From Hydrogenovibrio sp. (lineage in GTDB: Bacteria; Pseudomonadota; Gammaproteobacteria; Thiomicrospirales; Thiomicrospiraceae), in NCBI GenBank assembly GCA_965658885.1, contig CBFHUY010000001.1:1-56021 (forward strand): 56,021 nucleotides of DNA. Direction: 5' to 3'. The stretch's first letter is position 1; each line of letters starts with the position of its first letter. This document shows, in pieces, positions 40,694-49,455 of the stretch. Made by a program: the position numbers and the translations under genes. The notes below the pieces were generated by a model, which saw only the letters and a list, made by a program, of their open reading frames with translations, ran no database searches and was not told where the DNA came from.

Positions 40694-41758
40694 CTATTCG
40701 GTATCGGAAAGGGCTGATAGCGATTCCAACTCCCACCGAGGATGGCAGGCAAAGTTGAGGTCTGAGGTTTGTCCAGCGGCTAGACGTTGCGCGCCAGCAT
40801 AGGCAATCATGGCGCCATTGTCGGTGCAGAATTCTAATCTTGGATAAAACGCTTGGCCTCGGCGGCTTTTCATCAGTTCATTGAGTTTGTTGCGAATGGC
40901 TTGGTTGGCGCTGACGCCGCCCGATACCACGAGGCGGTTTAACCCCGTTTGGTCTAATGCGCGTTTGCATTTAATCCTTAAGGTATCGGCAACCGCTAAC
41001 TCAAAGGCTCGGCAGATATCGGCTCTGGTTTGGTCATTGTCATCACCAGCATCTTTGGCTTTGAGCCAAGTATTTAAGCTAAAGGTCTTTAAACCGCTGA
41101 AACTCATGTCCAGGCCTGGTCGATCGACCATCGGTCTGGGAAAACGATAGCGTTCTGGATCGCCAGACAAAGCTCTTCTGGAAATTTCAGGGCCGCCTGG
41201 ATAGCCTAGTCCTAGCATTTTGGCTGTTTTATCAAAGGCTTCGCCAGCGGCATCATCTAAGGTATCGCCCAATCGTTGATAGCGACCAATGCCATCGACC
41301 CGAATAAGCATGGTATGACCCCCCGAAATAAGTAAGCACACAAAAGGGAATTGCGGCGGCGTCTCTTCTAGCATGGGGGCGAGCAGGTGACCTTCTAAAT
41401 GATGTACGCCCACCGCGGGAATGCGCCAGGCAAAGGCAAGGCTTCTCGCGACCGATGCGCCAGAAAGTAAGGCGCCCATTAAGCCGGGGCCAGCCGTGTA
41501 GGCAATGCCGCTAATGTCACCCGCATTAAGTTTGGCATCTTGAAGCGTTTGTTGGATGAGAGGAACGATTCGACGAATGTGATCACGCGACGCCAGCTCA
41601 GGAACCACTCCGCCATACTCAGCATGCAATTTGATTTGACTATACAGGTTGTGTGCGAGAAGGCCTTTTTGTGAATGATAAAGGGCTATGCCGGTTTCAT
41701 CGCATGAGGTTTCAATGCCGAGGGTGATTTGAGGAGAAGCGTGTGCTTTTGATTGCAT
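40694..41758 (-). CDS. tsaD: t6A37 threonylcarbamoyltransferase
   Basis: [39 protein letters not shown]. Confidence 0.98.
   Translation of the reverse strand: MQSKAHASPQITLGIETSCDETGIALYHSQKGLLAHNLYSQIKLHAEYGGVVPELASRDHIRRIVPLIQQTLQDAKLNAGDISGIAYTAGPGLMGALLSGASVARSLAFAWRIPAVGVHHLEGHLLAPMLEETPPQFPFVCLLISGGHTMLIRVDGIGRYQRLGDTLDDAAGEAFDKTAKMLGLGYPGGPEISRRALSGDPERYRFPRPMVDRPGLDMSFSGLKTFSLNTWLKAKDAGDDNDQTRADICRAFELAVADTLRIKCKRALDQTGLNRLVVSGGVSANQAIRNKLNELMKSRRGQAFYPRLEFCTDNGAMIAYAGAQRLAAGQTSDLNFACHPRWELESLSALSDTE
41110..41119. repeat. CCAGGCCTGG core in tsaD (RPGLD)
   Basis: Core only, flanks not conserved. Confidence 0.55.
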
Positions 41759-41826
41759 GGTTTCGTAACTGTTTTTATCGTAAAGCCGAATTTTAACAAA
41801 AACTTTAGAAAGGTCTGAAGTTTTGT

Positions 41827-41855
41827 TTGCAAAATAAAGGACTTAATTTTATAAT
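41827..41855 (+). promoter_or_regulatory. Sigma70 promoter of the rpsU operon
   Basis: TTGCAA-N17-TATAAT. Confidence 0.75.
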
Positions 41856-41915
41856 CCTCGGTTTACGATTTCCCGACTGGGAGTCAGAACAAATTTTTAA
41901 CCTAAAGAGTAGATT

Positions 41916-42131
41916 ATGCCAAGCGTAAAAGTAAGAGATACTGAACCATTTGACGTAGCTTTGCGTCGTTTTAAACGTACTTGTGAAAAAGCAGGTGTAT
42001 TAACTGAATCGCGTAAACGTGAATATTATGAAAAGCCGACCTGGGCTAAAAAACGTATGAAAGCCGCAGCAGTTAAGCGTTTAGCAAAGCGTTTGTCTCG
42101 TGAGAATCGTCGTACATCACGTTTATATTAA
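41916..42131 (+). CDS. rpsU: 30S ribosomal protein S21
   Basis: [22 protein letters not shown]. Confidence 0.98.
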   Translation: MPSVKVRDTEPFDVALRRFKRTCEKAGVLTESRKREYYEKPTWAKKRMKAAAVKRLAKRLSRENRRTSRLY

Positions 42132-42159
42132 GCCAACCCCTATCAAGTAGGTTTGATCG

Positions 42160-42612
42160 ATGTCAAGTGAATTAAAAGCGAAACTCACCTCAGAGATGAA
42201 GGTGGCCATGAAAGCCAAAGAGAAGGCTCGCCTTGGCGTTATCCGATCGATGTTGGCGGCTATTAAGCAGGTTGAAATAGACTCGCAAGCAACTCTGGAA
42301 GATGATTCTGCGGTTTTGGCCATTTTGGATAAAATGCTGAAACAACGCCGTGACTCACAGCAGCAATATGAAGAGGCTGGAAGACCTGAACTCGCTGAGC
42401 AAGAAGCTTATGAAATGACAGTGATTCAAGACTTTTTGCCACAACCTTTGACTGAAGCTGAAGTTGCAGATTTGGTGGATGATGCGATACAGGCTGTGTC
42501 AGCTGCATCAATGCAAGACATGGGGAAAGTCATGGGATTGCTAAAACCCAAAATGCAGGGTAGAGCAGATATGGCGGTTGTCAGTAAGCTGATTAAAGCA
42601 AAGTTATCTTAA
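42160..42612 (+). CDS. yqeY: GatB/YqeY domain protein
   Basis: MKVAMKAKEK, KQRRDS, LPQPL, DMGKVMG, rpsU-yqeY-dnaG synteny. Confidence 0.93.
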   Translation: MSSELKAKLTSEMKVAMKAKEKARLGVIRSMLAAIKQVEIDSQATLEDDSAVLAILDKMLKQRRDSQQQYEEAGRPELAEQEAYEMTVIQDFLPQPLTEAEVADLVDDAIQAVSAASMQDMGKVMGLLKPKMQGRADMAVVSKLIKAKLS

Positions 42613-42643
42613 ACGGCTAGCGAATCAATCGCTGGAAATTGCT

Positions 42644-42679
42644 AAAACCCATTGGTGACATTTCATCAATGGGTTTTTT
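42644..42679 (+). terminator. Intrinsic terminator between yqeY and dnaG
   Basis: AAAACCCATTGGTGA-loop-TCATCAATGGGTTTTTT. Confidence 0.8.
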
Positions 42680-42754
42680 GCGTTTTAGTATTGTGTATTG
42701 TTCTGTGTATTAATTGTGGATAACCGAGTTTAATAAAGGTTATAAGGGATCTTA

Positions 42755-44509
42755 GTGGTACCATATCCAGCCTCTTCATCAACAAGCCATAAAAAGCCTA
42801 AAGGGTCGATTCCGCGGTCTTTTATCGAAGATCTATTGGCACGTTCCGATATTGTCCAGCTCATTAATCAACGCGTCCCACTCAAAAAGGCGGGTACCAG
42901 CTACAAAGCCTGTTGTCCTTTTCATGATGAAAAAACCCCGTCTTTTAATGTGAGTTCGCAGAAGCAGTTTTATCACTGTTTTGGTTGCGGTGCCAGCGGC
43001 GATGCATTGAAGTTTTTAATGGATTATGACGGGTTAAGCTTTGTGGAGGCGGTTGAATCCTTGGCGGCGTTAAATGGCATGGAAGTGCCACGCGAACAAT
43101 TGTCTCCCCAAGCGCAGCAACAAGCACAACAAAAACGTGATTTATATGACGTGATGTTCAGTGTGACCAAATTTTACCGTCAGCAGTTACGAGATCATCC
43201 CGCTGCTGAAAAAGCAAAGCAGTATCTAAAACAGCGGGGGGTGACCGCTGAGATTGCCAAGCAATTTGTTATCGGTTTTGCACCGCCAGGGTGGGATAGT
43301 TTAGTTTCTGGTTTAAAGGCCGATAACGCTCTTAAGCAGCAATTAATTGAAAGCGGGATGTTGATAGAAAAGTCAGAAGGTAAGACTTATGACCGCTTTC
43401 GGCATCGGATTATGTTTCCAATCCGCGATGGACGTGGGCGAGTGGTCGCTTTCGGCGGGCGGGTTTTAAGTGATGAAGATCAGCCAAAGTATTTGAATTC
43501 CCCCGAAACGGCTTTGTTTCACAAGACCCATACTTTGTATGGTTTGTACGAATTAAGACAATCCCGGCAAGCCTTTAAACACATATTAGTGGTTGAAGGC
43601 TATATGGATGTGGTGTCCTTGGCGCAGTTTGGGGTGCATAATGCGGTTGCGACTTTGGGCACCGCGATTACGGAATCACACTTAAATATGCTGTTTCAAC
43701 AAGTCGGTGAAGTGGTGTTTTGTTTTGATGGTGACGAGGCTGGAAAAAAAGCGGCCTGGAAAGCCATGGAACTTTCACTTCCCAAAATTGAAGGAACTCA
43801 ATCGGTTCGGTTTCTGTTTTTAGATCCAGGAGAAGATCCTGACTCCACAATTCGAAAAGAAGGTTTAGAAGGGTTTCAACGTCGTGTTGACCAGGCATTG
43901 TCCTTATCTTCTTTTTTGTTTAAAGGGTTAATTGGACAGTTGCCTTTGCCGATTAGTACGGTAGAAGGGCAGCAACAACTTATTGCGCTGGCCAAACCTT
44001 ATATCGTCAATGCAACGGGAGCGATGCCGGACTTGTTAACCAAGGTGTTGTCAGATTACGTTGAATTGCCCGTTTGGCGATTGGGACAAATTATGGGGAT
44101 ACGCGTCTCTTCAACGAAGCGTTCCGAGTCAGTGCAAACGGAAGCCGCTGTCACACAGAAGGTGACGAGCTTAGTCTTAAAGATCATTAAATTGCTTTTA
44201 ATGAGGCCGCAGTGGGCAAATGTTCTAGCGGATGCTCAGCAACAGTTAATCGACTCGGATAAAGCAGAATATCGTTTTCTCGCACAATTTATCCAAGTGC
44301 TTGCAAACAATAACTATATTGCTGAAGCCGCCGAGGCTTGGCTGTCAGAACCAAATAAAAAGCACTTGTGGCAACAACTGGATGGCATTATGTTTCAGCC
44401 AGAAGATTCTTTTTTACACAATGAGTTTTCTGCTTGTGTGCTGCAAGTGGCTAAAGAGCTGAAAAAAGAGCAAGATATCAAAAAAATTAAGTCTGAAGTT
44501 CTTAGTTAA
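42755..44509 (+). CDS. dnaG: DNA primase
   Basis: CPFHDEKTPSF...CFGCG zinc finger, KYLNSPET, EGYMDV, FDGD.AG. Confidence 0.97.
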   Translation: MVPYPASSSTSHKKPKGSIPRSFIEDLLARSDIVQLINQRVPLKKAGTSYKACCPFHDEKTPSFNVSSQKQFYHCFGCGASGDALKFLMDYDGLSFVEAVESLAALNGMEVPREQLSPQAQQQAQQKRDLYDVMFSVTKFYRQQLRDHPAAEKAKQYLKQRGVTAEIAKQFVIGFAPPGWDSLVSGLKADNALKQQLIESGMLIEKSEGKTYDRFRHRIMFPIRDGRGRVVAFGGRVLSDEDQPKYLNSPETALFHKTHTLYGLYELRQSRQAFKHILVVEGYMDVVSLAQFGVHNAVATLGTAITESHLNMLFQQVGEVVFCFDGDEAGKKAAWKAMELSLPKIEGTQSVRFLFLDPGEDPDSTIRKEGLEGFQRRVDQALSLSSFLFKGLIGQLPLPISTVEGQQQLIALAKPYIVNATGAMPDLLTKVLSDYVELPVWRLGQIMGIRVSSTKRSESVQTEAAVTQKVTSLVLKIIKLLLMRPQWANVLADAQQQLIDSDKAEYRFLAQFIQVLANNNYIAEAAEAWLSEPNKKHLWQQLDGIMFQPEDSFLHNEFSACVLQVAKELKKEQDIKKIKSEVLS

Positions 44510-44597
44510 AATTCAAACTGTTAATGAATAATTTAGTATAATACGCGGTTCTATTTTTGGGAGGGGTGCCTTCCATAGAATCAAAGTTGAGGCAAAG

Positions 44598-46382
44598 ATG
44601 ACGAGAGTAGAAAGAAAGCAGCAATTAATCGATTTAATTGAAAGAGCTAAAGACCTAGGTTATTTAACTTTCTCGGATGTGAATGATGTCCTACCGGATG
44701 ATATTGAAGAAGATCAGCTAGGTCAGGTCTTAACCATTCTAAAAGATTTTGGTATTCAATTATTTGAGTCAGCTCCGGATGCGGATGAATTACTGACCAA
44801 AGAAGGTGAAACTTTTGATGATGCCGCAGCAGAAGCGGCAATTTTGGCACTTGCTGAAGTGGATGCTGAATTTGGACGCACCACCGATCCAGTGCGTATG
44901 TATATGCGAGAAATGGGCTCGGTCGAGCTATTGACCCGTCAAGGCGAAGTGGAAATTGCCAAGCGAATCGAATACGGTATTCGTGACATGCTGGAAGCCA
45001 TGGCAAAATACCCAAAAGTCGCCTCTGAACTACTCGCATCATTTGCTCGTATTGAAGAAGGCGAAGGTAAAACAGCAGACCTGATTCAAGGCTTTGTTCG
45101 TCCCGCCGATTTGATTGATATTCCGATTGAAGAACTTTCTCCCGATAGTGACTCCAATGAGCCTAAAGAAGATGGTATAAATCCAGAAGAATTGGCTGAG
45201 TTTTTATCCACACTTGAAAAAGTGAATGCCGATGTGCTGAAGACCGAAGAAAAGCATGGCTATAGTGATCCAAAATCGATTAAAAAGCGCGAAGAAGTCA
45301 TTAAATTATTAGCTGCTGTTAAGCTATCTCCTGTCTTTGTTAACCGCATGATTAAAGGAGTAAAGTTACGCATCAATGCCATACGTGAGCAAGAGCGCAA
45401 TATTGTGAATATTGTGATGCGTCAAATTGGGGTGCCAAGACCTCAGTTCTTAAAGATTTTTGTCGGTTCTGAAACAGACTACGACATTCTAGAACGCTTT
45501 AAAGAAGCACTCCCTGAAAAAGCCGAGCAATTAGAAGGTGTGAGAGGCGATGTCAAACGCGCACAAAAGCGTTTGGTCATGATTGAAAAAGCCGAAAAAA
45601 TGCCAATTAAGGAATATAAAGAAATTTATAAAAACTTAAGTAAGGCAGAAGGCATTGCCCGTGTTGCTAAACGCGAAATGATCGAAGCGAACCTCCGTTT
45701 GGTTATCTCGATCGCCAAAAAATATACCAACCGCGGTTTGCAATTCCTGGATTTGATCCAAGAAGGGAATATTGGCTTAATGAAAGCGGTCGAAAAATTT
45801 GAATACCGTCGGGGTTACAAATTCTCAACCTATGCCACCTGGTGGATTCGTCAGGCCATTACCCGTTCCATTGCCGATCAAGCTCGTACCATTCGTATTC
45901 CGGTTCATATGATCGAAACCATTAATAAACTGAACCGCATTCAACGACAGTTGTTGCAAAAAATGGGTCGTGAACCGACGCCAGAAGAGTTAGCTGAAGA
46001 AATGGAAATGCCAGAAGATAAGGTTCGAAAAGTGATGAAAATCGCCAAAGAACCGATCTCAATGGAAACGCCAGTAGGGGATGATGAAGATTCCTCTTTG
46101 GGCGATTTTATTGAAGATTCCAATATTCTGTCACCACAAGATTCAGCAGATTTAGAAGGCATGGGTGAAACCGTCCGTGAAATGTTAAGCACGCTAACGC
46201 CACGCGAAGCCAAAGTCCTTCGTATGCGTTTTGGGCTAGGCATGAATACGGATCACACCCTAGAAGAAGTTGGTAAGCAATTTGATGTTACGCGTGAGCG
46301 TATTCGTCAAATCGAAGCCAAAGCACTACGTAAACTGCGTCATCCAAGTCGTGCAGAACGCCTCAAAAGCTTCTTAGATTAA
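44598..46382 (+). CDS. rpoD: RNA polymerase primary sigma factor
   Basis: [61 protein letters not shown]. Confidence 0.99.
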   Translation: MTRVERKQQLIDLIERAKDLGYLTFSDVNDVLPDDIEEDQLGQVLTILKDFGIQLFESAPDADELLTKEGETFDDAAAEAAILALAEVDAEFGRTTDPVRMYMREMGSVELLTRQGEVEIAKRIEYGIRDMLEAMAKYPKVASELLASFARIEEGEGKTADLIQGFVRPADLIDIPIEELSPDSDSNEPKEDGINPEELAEFLSTLEKVNADVLKTEEKHGYSDPKSIKKREEVIKLLAAVKLSPVFVNRMIKGVKLRINAIREQERNIVNIVMRQIGVPRPQFLKIFVGSETDYDILERFKEALPEKAEQLEGVRGDVKRAQKRLVMIEKAEKMPIKEYKEIYKNLSKAEGIARVAKREMIEANLRLVISIAKKYTNRGLQFLDLIQEGNIGLMKAVEKFEYRRGYKFSTYATWWIRQAITRSIADQARTIRIPVHMIETINKLNRIQRQLLQKMGREPTPEELAEEMEMPEDKVRKVMKIAKEPISMETPVGDDEDSSLGDFIEDSNILSPQDSADLEGMGETVREMLSTLTPREAKVLRMRFGLGMNTDHTLEEVGKQFDVTRERIRQIEAKALRKLRHPSRAERLKSFLD

Positions 46383-46393
46383 TCTGTCCAAGT

Positions 46394-46410
46394 AGGGCTG
46401 AAAAAGCCCT
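46394..46410 (+). terminator. Hairpin after rpoD, possible terminator
   Basis: AGGGCT-GAAAA-AGCCCT, with a weak U-tract. Confidence 0.45.
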
Positions 46411-46440
46411 GCAAAAACTTTTAAATCCCCTATAATACCA

Positions 46441-46472
46441 ACCAAAAATCACCAGGCCTGGTGGTTTTTGGT
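46441..46472. repeat. Extended palindrome in the tRNA leader
   Basis: accaaaaatca-CCAGGCCTGG-tggtttttggt. Confidence 0.9.
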
Positions 46473-46488
46473 ACAAATCCTTTCTATT

Positions 46489-46565
46489 GCCTCCTTAGCT
46501 CAGTTGGTTAGAGCACCCGACTCATAATCGGTAGGTCCTGTGTTCAAGTCACAGAGGAGGCACCA
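46489..46565 (+). tRNA. ileX: tRNA-Ile2 (CAT anticodon, lysidine-modified)
   Basis: 77-nt cloverleaf with encoded CCA and anticodon loop CTCATAA. G1-C72 is paired and there is no triple G-C anticodon stem, so it is not the initiator. Sequence and position after rpoD resemble ileX. TATAAT at 46431. Confidence 0.85.
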
Positions 46566-46865
46566 TTATTTTTCAATATAATTCAACAAGTTAATCAATT
46601 GTTATCTGTACAACAAGCTTCTTTACAAGCTCAAAATCCCCTTTTAGTTCCCACCCGAATGATGGGCAACCCTGAGAGTTATACCTTCTGTTAAGATAAT
46701 ATCTGTCTGATCAACTCTAGACTCCTATGGTTTTGGCATTAAAATAACCAGGCCTGTTCGTTTTAGGGACTGTTTTAGTCTCCGATTATCGGGGCTGGGT
46801 TTTATGGCTGTTTTTTGAGGGGCTGTGACTTTATTTATGAATGAACTTTTGGAGGCGATCCAGTT

Positions 46866-48284
46866 GTGTCGTTGAAATTTAAACTGATTATGGTTTTGGT
46901 GGCGTTTGGTGTCACGATGCTGGTGGCAATGTTGTTGAGTGGTCAGTATTTATTGAACCATACCATGGTTAAATATATTGATCGGGCAGATGAGTATCGT
47001 TTGGATCGTTTAAAAAACAATCTTGAAGTATATATGGATGAAACCGGGTTATTTGATACCGAGTGGGTATCCGAGGATGTGTGGCAAAGGCTTCTGACTG
47101 TTTCTTATCGTATTGATTTAACGCACACCTATATTCCAATGAATATCTTACTGAAAAGAGAGTATCCCCAGTTATTAAGGTTTCACCCGGATGAATTTGA
47201 AACCAGAGTGAGCTTATTAAGTCGAGAGGGAAAGGTGGTTCGGGGGGATGCATTAGGTTCTAATGAGATGATGTCTGAGATTGTTGTTGACGGTGATATT
47301 GCAGGTTGGGTGGCTTACCCTCATCACCAGTCTTTGACAGAGCAGGCTGATATTGAGTTTACTGAGCAACAATCTTCTTTCTTTGCATGGGGAGCTGTTT
47401 TATTAACGTTAGTCATTGTTGTGTTATTAGTGATATTTGTGAATCACTTTATGAAACCTATTCGTCAATTAACGCAGGGAATGCGTAAATTGTCACAAGG
47501 AAAGTTTTCCACACGTTTGTCAATTTATCGACAGGATGAGTTTGGTCAGTTGCAAAAAGATTTTAATCATTTGGCCGCTTGTCTGGAGAAAAGTCGTCAC
47601 AGCCGAAATCAGTGGGTTGCTGATATTTCGCATGAGTTACGCACACCTTTAACCATAATGCATGGTAGCTTGGAGGCGATCGAGGATGGTATTCGGCCTG
47701 CCAGCATTGAGAATTTGCACAAGATTCATGAAGAGGTGATGTTGTTGAGTCGGCTGGTTGAGGATTTTTATCAGGTGGCATTAAACGACATTGGTGGCCT
47801 GAGTTATAAAATGCAGACATTGGATTTTCAGCAGCTGGTCTCGAAGTCAGTGGCGTCTATTGAAGGGGTGGCGCAGGAAAAAGGCTTATTGCTGAGTTAT
47901 GACGTGAAAGAGGGTGATTATCGAATTAACGGCGATGAAGCCCGGCTCGGGCAGATGATTACCAATTTGCTGATCAATAGTTTGTCTTATACCGATGCGA
48001 ATACGAATGCAGATGAAGCTGGACGGATTGAGGTGTTGCTTTATAATCAGTCTGGCAACGTGGTTTTAGAAATTAATGACTCTGAGCCTGGGGTTGCTGA
48101 AGATGAGTTAACTCAGCTTTTTGAGCGCTTATATCGTACAGAAATGTCTCGTAATAGACGGCATGGCGGGGCGGGTTTAGGCTTGTCAATCGTGCGTCAA
48201 ATTGTTGAGGCGCATTCTGGCAAAATTACAGCACAGTCTTCACATTTGGGTGGATTGAGCTTGGTGGTTAAATTGCCCCTTTGA
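46866..48284 (+). CDS. HAMP sensor histidine kinase, BaeS-like
   Basis: Two TM segments, HAMP (DEFGQL..DFN), ADISHELRTPL, NLL.NS..YT, GGAGLGLSI. Confidence 0.9.
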   Translation: MSLKFKLIMVLVAFGVTMLVAMLLSGQYLLNHTMVKYIDRADEYRLDRLKNNLEVYMDETGLFDTEWVSEDVWQRLLTVSYRIDLTHTYIPMNILLKREYPQLLRFHPDEFETRVSLLSREGKVVRGDALGSNEMMSEIVVDGDIAGWVAYPHHQSLTEQADIEFTEQQSSFFAWGAVLLTLVIVVLLVIFVNHFMKPIRQLTQGMRKLSQGKFSTRLSIYRQDEFGQLQKDFNHLAACLEKSRHSRNQWVADISHELRTPLTIMHGSLEAIEDGIRPASIENLHKIHEEVMLLSRLVEDFYQVALNDIGGLSYKMQTLDFQQLVSKSVASIEGVAQEKGLLLSYDVKEGDYRINGDEARLGQMITNLLINSLSYTDANTNADEAGRIEVLLYNQSGNVVLEINDSEPGVAEDELTQLFERLYRTEMSRNRRHGGAGLGLSIVRQIVEAHSGKITAQSSHLGGLSLVVKLPL

Positions 48285-48301
48285 AATGAGAGCGAAGCGA
48301 A

Positions 48302-48973
48302 ATGTCTTATAAAATTTTAATCGTTGAAGATGAAGTGAAGATTGCTGAAATCCTAGAAGATTATTTACATAGCTGTGATTTTGAGACGGTTTGGATGCAA
48401 TCGGGTACTGGGGTAGTCGATTGGGTAAAAGCACATAGTGTCGATCTAGTGATGTTGGATATTATGTTGCCAGGGGTGGATGGCTTGCAATTGTGTCAAC
48501 AGATTCGTGACTTTAGTCTTGTGCCGATTATGTTGTTAACGGCCAAAGTGGAAGAGGCGGATCGTATTTTAGGACTGGAGCAGGGTGCAGATGATTATCT
48601 TTGCAAACCATTTAGTCCGAAAGAAATGGTGGCGCGGGTTAAAGCGTTATTGCGTCGTAGTACGGTTCTAAAAGAGCAGGCAAAAGGCTGGCAGTTGGAT
48701 GCATCTCGTTATAAGGTGATGTATGAAGGCCGGAGTGCCCAGCTTTCGATGGTGGAATTTGCCATTTTAAAATTGTTGAGCAGTTCTCCTGGGCAGGTTT
48801 ATTCGCGAAACCAGCTTATCCGTCAAATTTATCCTGATAATCGGATTGTTTCTGATAGGACGATTGATAGTCATATCAAGAAATTGCGGCACAAATTGGC
48901 TGAAGAGTTGTCTGCAAAGGAGTTTATTTATTCAGTGTATGGCGCGGGTTATAAATTTGAAGTGCCTGAGTAA
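48302..48973 (+). CDS. OmpR-family response regulator, BaeR-like
   Basis: VEDE.KIA, LDIMLPG, GADDYLCKPFSP, DRTIDSHIKKLR, SVYGAGY. Confidence 0.92.
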   Translation: MSYKILIVEDEVKIAEILEDYLHSCDFETVWMQSGTGVVDWVKAHSVDLVMLDIMLPGVDGLQLCQQIRDFSLVPIMLLTAKVEEADRILGLEQGADDYLCKPFSPKEMVARVKALLRRSTVLKEQAKGWQLDASRYKVMYEGRSAQLSMVEFAILKLLSSSPGQVYSRNQLIRQIYPDNRIVSDRTIDSHIKKLRHKLAEELSAKEFIYSVYGAGYKFEVPE

Positions 48974-49009
48974 CATATATTAACTTTGAGTGTTTTTTTT
49001 AATTTAGGG

Positions 49010-49037
49010 TTGTACTTAACGATATTTTCGTTATAAT
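49010..49037 (+). promoter_or_regulatory. Sigma70 promoter driving the riboswitch RNA
   Basis: TTGTAC-N16-TATAAT, 14 nt upstream of the aptamer. Confidence 0.7.
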
Positions 49038-49051
49038 CAACCCATCTTAAT

Positions 49052-49128
49052 TTGATAAAGCTAAATTCGTCGCGAGGCGAAGACAGAAAGCCACGGGTCT
49101 CTATGAGATGGCCGGGTTGCCTTATTAA
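49052..49128 (+). ncRNA. c-di-GMP-I (GEMM-I) riboswitch aptamer
   Basis: P1 TTGATAA/TTATTAA. GCTAAA-TTCGTC-GCGA-GGCGAA-GACAG-AAAGCC. P3 ACGGGTCTC-TAT-GAGATGGCCGGGTTGCC. Compensatory C-G and U-A pairs at the base of P2. Confidence 0.9.
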
Positions 49129-49288
49129 CGACCTTACTGTTCGTTTTTATTGTATCCTTTCTGTTTTTCGATTCTTTAGATCTTGTTTCTAGATCGTATA
49201 TGCTTTATTGAGTTTAGTCCTTGTTCAGAGTGCAACCGTTTTCTTCTTCCCTTTTCTGACGAGGGAACCACACAGGAAGAAAACTTTT

Positions 49289-49318
49289 AGGGCTTCAATA
49301 TTGAAGCCCTTTTTTTTT
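49289..49318 (+). terminator. Strong intrinsic terminator closing the riboswitch transcript
   Basis: Perfect palindrome AGGGCTTCAATATTGAAGCCCT followed by T8. Confidence 0.9.
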
Positions 49319-49409
49319 AGCTGCCAAAAATGATTTTTGTTCGCCTAATATGCGAGGTGATTGAAGGTGTTTGGCAAGCCAATATCGAGTATAATGCCCT
49401 CAAAAATAG

Positions 49410-49419
49410 CCAGGCCTGG
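49410..49419. repeat. CCAGGCCTGG core in the prfC leader
   Basis: caaaaatag-CCAGGCCTGG-ctgcttc, just downstream of TATAAT 49390. Confidence 0.85.
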
Positions 49420-49455
49420 CTGCTTCTAATCAATTTCGACTAAAAAGGCACGGAT

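Noticed and set aside
46489-46565. tRNA-fMet or elongator tRNA-Met
   Set aside because: The 1-72 position is paired and there is no GGG/CCC anticodon stem, which excludes the initiator. Sequence and location favour Ile2 over elongator Met, though Met is not fully excluded.
49052-49128. Aptamer as a 3'3'-cGAMP (Geobacter-type GEMM-Ib) riboswitch, given its CTAAA/GCGA/GGGTCTC look
   Set aside because: The specificity position equivalent to nucleotide 20 is G, not A. c-di-GMP is the better call, though binding should be tested.
49103-49192. 29-codon ORF MRWPGCLINDLTV... within the riboswitch region
   Set aside because: It starts inside the P3 loop of the aptamer with no SD. Hydrophobic frames here simply reflect U-richness.
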